Shown here: positions 45,648-48,425 of the stretch, piece after piece
How positions within the stretch are numbered: the stretch's first letter is position 1
How the letters are laid out: each line of letters starts with the position of its first letter
From: an uncultured Ignavibacteriaceae bacterium
GTDB lineage: Bacteria > Bacteroidota > Ignavibacteria > Tepidaquicellales > Tepidaquicellaceae
Length of the DNA: 48,425 nucleotides
Direction: 5' to 3'
Assembly: GCA_964459055.1 (NCBI GenBank)
Contig: CAYWMV010000003.1
Coordinates: 1-48,425, forward strand
Translations under genes and position numbers: made by a program
Notes under the pieces: model-generated
Database searches by the model: none
What the model saw: only the letters and a program-made list of their open reading frames with translations
What the model was told of the DNA's origin: nothing

Positions 45648-46346
45648 ATGAATATGAAAAGAATATTTTTTTTGTTTATTGTTTTTCCGCTTATTTTTTT
45701 CTCCTGTACTCACGTAAATGAACTTTCGAAGTATAACCTTGTTGGTAAGAAAGTGTTGTTAAAACAGCAGGTTAACCCTGATATAACCAATGTTCAAGTT
45801 ATGTTTAATTATGATTTTTTTAGCAGAAATTTACTTGAGGTCGTGTTGAAAGAAATTGGTTCTGGTTATGTAGAGTCTGAAGTAAAAGAAAAACTTCAGA
45901 ATGCAATTATTTTTGATTCTGTTTCAAATTCAATATCGGCGGGACTGGAGGAAGGTCTTGAAACGTATTACAAAACCTCAATGGTAAATTCTTTGGACAG
46001 CAATCCTGATTTTATTCTGGAGAGTATTCTTGAAAAGTTCCGTTTGAAATCAGACTCATACGGAATTTATGCGCAAATATCCACCAGAGGTCGCCTGATT
46101 GACAGACAAACGGCTAAACTTATCTGGCAAAATGATGAAACTTATACATTACCTCTTGGTTTTACAACATTTTATTACTCGGGTAACAAAAAAATTACTA
46201 CTACCACCGGTATAATCAATGCTGCAAGATTACTTCAGATGACTGAAGAAGAAATCAGAGCGTCTGTAGAAGCCACTGCTAATGAGGCGGGACTTAAGCA
46301 AAGTGAGCAGTTAAGGTATGACATTTCGGAAAGCAATTCGATGTAA
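45648..46346 (+). CDS. hypothetical lipoprotein
   Basis: 232 aa with signal peptide and lipobox (LIFFSC). I recognise no family. Its stop lies 1 nt from the convergent mnmG stop. Confidence 0.55.
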   Translation: MNMKRIFFLFIVFPLIFFSCTHVNELSKYNLVGKKVLLKQQVNPDITNVQVMFNYDFFSRNLLEVVLKEIGSGYVESEVKEKLQNAIIFDSVSNSISAGLEEGLETYYKTSMVNSLDSNPDFILESILEKFRLKSDSYGIYAQISTRGRLIDRQTAKLIWQNDETYTLPLGFTTFYYSGNKKITTTTGIINAARLLQMTEEEIRASVEATANEAGLKQSEQLRYDISESNSM

Positions 46347-46347
46347 T

Positions 46348-48249
46348 TTACCCCCGCATATAGATAAGAATAGCAGAGATGTCGGATGGGTTGACTCCTG
46401 CTATGCGTGATGCCTGACCAATCGATTTTGGTTTTATTTTTTTTAGTTTGTCAAGCGCTTCTGTCGAAAGTGATTTAATCCTGTCATAGTTAAAATTTTC
46501 AGGTATTATAATGCTTTCATTCTTCCCGAAATTTTCTATTTGTTCGTTTTGTCTTTTAATGTATCCTTCATATTTTAGTTCTATTTCAATCTGATTCATT
46601 ACTTCCGGAGAACTCATTATTTCAAAAATTAATTCGTTTTTTTCGTGTATTATTTCAAGTAAATCTTTTATTTTTATTTCGTTTCGTTTTACAAGATTTG
46701 AACAAAATTCGTTTTGTGTAATTGCTGATGAGTTTATTTTTTCCAGATATGAATTTACTGATATAGGAGAAATCGTATTAGTCTTCATATAATCTATGCC
46801 CGCTTTAATTAATTGAACCTTTTTTCTCAACCTCTCGATATCACTGATACTTATCAATCCGAGTTTATATCCTTTTTCCATCAGGCGTATATCAGCGTTA
46901 TCCTGCCGTAGTATTAACCTGTATTCAGCGGATGAGGTAAATATTCTGTATGGTTCTTCCGGACATTTATTTACAAGGTCATCTATGAGAACTCCTATGT
47001 ATGATTCGTTTCTTTTTATAATTATCTGCTCTTTCCCTCTTATTTTTAAGGCAGCGTTAATTCCTGCAATAATTCCCTGACCTGCTGCTTCTTCGTATCC
47101 TGATGTACCGTTTATCTGGCCGGCGTTATATAATCCGGAGACTATCTTTGTTTCAAGTGTCAGGTAAATGTGATATGTAGGAAAAAAGTCGTATTCAACC
47201 GCATACCCTGGTCTTATCATCTTAATATTTTCAAGACCGGGTATTGTTTTTGCCGCACGTAACTGAATATCTGCTGGAAGAGAAGAAGAAAAACCGTTCA
47301 TATAAATCGTTTGCCCGTTTAGTGTTTCAGGCTCGAGAAATATCTGATGACGCGGTTTGTCCGAAAATCTTGCAACTTTGTCTTCAATAGAGGGACAATA
47401 TCTCGGTCCTACTCCCTTAATAACACCTGTAAAAAGAGGTGATATGTCAAACCCCGTTTTTAATATATTATGTGTATGTTCGTTTGTATGAGTCAGATGA
47501 CAGTCAATTTGCGGTTGATAGGGAAATTCATTTAGAGGAGTGAAATGTGAAAATGGCTTGGGCTCTTTATCTCCGGATTGAATTTCTGTTTTTGAAAAAT
47601 CTATAGTATTAATATCTATCCTTGGAGGTGTACCTGTTTTTAATCTTCCTACGTCAAATCCCAGTTTGAATAAGCATTCCGAAAGTCCTGTTGCAGCCTT
47701 TTCTCCTATTCTTCCGCCTTCTGTTTTTACGGAACCGGTATGCATTATGGCATTTAAAAAAGTCCCGGATGAAATTATCGCTGCTTTACAATGTATTTCA
47801 AGTCCGTTTTCTGTTTTTACTCCCTTTAATTTGTATTTAAACTGACTGTTCCTTCCAAAATCTTCTACTATAATTTCTTTTACTATATCTTCAATTATTT
47901 CAAGATTTTCAGTGTTCTGTAAAAGTTCTTTTGCAAAAACTGTATATAATTCCTTATCAGACTGACAGCGCGGTGACCAGATAGCAGGACCTTTGGATTT
48001 ATTAAGTACCTTAAACTGTATTCCTGTTTTATCTGCAAGCAGTCCCATTACACCTCCCAAAGCATCAATCTCCCTTACGAGATGGCCTTTTGCTGTTCCT
48101 CCGATTGCGGGATTGCAACTCATCCTTCCTGCAGCGTTAATATCCATAGTTACTAACCCTACACTGCAACCCATTTTTGCAGCGGCAACAGCAGCTTCTA
48201 TTCCGGCGTGTCCTGCACCTGCAACTATTATGTCATAATTATTCCTCAT
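46348..48249 (-). CDS. mnmG: tRNA uridine 5-carboxymethylaminomethyl modification enzyme MnmG (GidA)
   Basis: 633 aa with [38 protein letters not shown] and [16 protein letters not shown]. Confidence 0.96.
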   Translation of the reverse strand: MRNNYDIIVAGAGHAGIEAAVAAAKMGCSVGLVTMDINAAGRMSCNPAIGGTAKGHLVREIDALGGVMGLLADKTGIQFKVLNKSKGPAIWSPRCQSDKELYTVFAKELLQNTENLEIIEDIVKEIIVEDFGRNSQFKYKLKGVKTENGLEIHCKAAIISSGTFLNAIMHTGSVKTEGGRIGEKAATGLSECLFKLGFDVGRLKTGTPPRIDINTIDFSKTEIQSGDKEPKPFSHFTPLNEFPYQPQIDCHLTHTNEHTHNILKTGFDISPLFTGVIKGVGPRYCPSIEDKVARFSDKPRHQIFLEPETLNGQTIYMNGFSSSLPADIQLRAAKTIPGLENIKMIRPGYAVEYDFFPTYHIYLTLETKIVSGLYNAGQINGTSGYEEAAGQGIIAGINAALKIRGKEQIIIKRNESYIGVLIDDLVNKCPEEPYRIFTSSAEYRLILRQDNADIRLMEKGYKLGLISISDIERLRKKVQLIKAGIDYMKTNTISPISVNSYLEKINSSAITQNEFCSNLVKRNEIKIKDLLEIIHEKNELIFEIMSSPEVMNQIEIELKYEGYIKRQNEQIENFGKNESIIIPENFNYDRIKSLSTEALDKLKKIKPKSIGQASRIAGVNPSDISAILIYMRG

Positions 48250-48337
48250 TTATTATAAATGTTTCTTGAGAAACAAAATATAAATTATTGTTAAAACAAT
48301 AATTTATATTTCTTTATTATCTTATATTTTTTTTATC

Positions 48338-48397
48338 TTGTCACTTTGTTATTTTGTCACCTTGTTACTTTGTCACCTGTCACTTGTCACTGTTTCG
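48338..48397. repeat. tandem TTGTyAC words: five 8-bp units then three 7-bp units
   Basis: Word starts are at 48338, 48346, 48354, 48362, 48370, 48377, 48384 and 48391. The array includes the 15-mer cctgtcacttgtcac, also found at 41934 and 42162. Confidence 0.88.
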
Positions 48398-48425
48398 TAT
48401 TCGTCACAAGTTCCTTCGCTGTCCT

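Noticed and set aside
48250-48425. Firm oriC annotation
   Set aside because: I found no consensus DnaA boxes here, and the nearest match in the window (tgtggatga at about 5655) is inside tadA. No dnaA or dnaN is in view, and the repeat words recur at another locus. I keep it only as a hypothesis in the findings.
1-48425. Mobile elements, prophage, defence islands, tRNA/rRNA genes
   Set aside because: I recognise no transposase, integrase, recombinase, phage structural, restriction-modification, toxin-antitoxin or cas-like ORF. There is no GGTTCGAATCC-type tRNA T-arm outside coding sequence, and base composition looks uniform by eye.

Overview
AT-rich (mid-30s % G+C by eye, not computed), gene-dense chromosomal segment with 46 CDS on both strands. 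It probably comes from an FCB-superphylum bacterium (Ignavibacteriota/Bacteroidota-like): at least four proteins end in an NYPNPFNP-type T9SS C-terminal sorting domain, and some genes carry Bacteroidota-type TAnnTTTG -7 boxes. Most content is housekeeping or central metabolism: ptsI, ptsH, tadA, rpmE, metK, queA, thyX, mnmG, NDH-2, proline dehydrogenase and a four-subunit 2-oxoacid:ferredoxin oxidoreductase. The rest is envelope and secreted functions: an MBOAT plus three SGNH-fold proteins, a LAS-type metallopeptidase, two tandem DUF5916-like outer-membrane paralogs, and BNR-propeller, DUF1028 and anchor-J-like T9SS cargo. I found no rRNA, tRNA, CRISPR array, transposase, integrase or recognisable defence genes, so I cannot point to a canonical new protein system. 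The unexplained structure is mostly non-coding. (1) A 164-bp unit with a two-stem hairpin occurs twice (163/164 identical) in a convergent gap at 41.8-42.2 kb. (2) Several intergenic regions (19.1, 21.7, 24.6, 39.2, 41.7, 48.3 kb) consist of degenerate 7-21 bp tandem words that share some words between loci, including a 15-mer and a recurring CTTAGTGTTAAAAC-like motif. (3) metK has a structured, terminator-containing leader that is not a canonical SAM-I riboswitch. (4) A perfect 22-bp palindrome lies in front of a DUF134/NifX-like pair. On the protein side, four things deserve a second look: a stand-alone V4R protein coupled to a cytoplasmic orphan histidine kinase, HPr embedded in an envelope operon, a ThyX with a non-canonical RHR motif, and the O-acyl-transfer module. 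All family calls come from motif recognition by eye, with no database searches.
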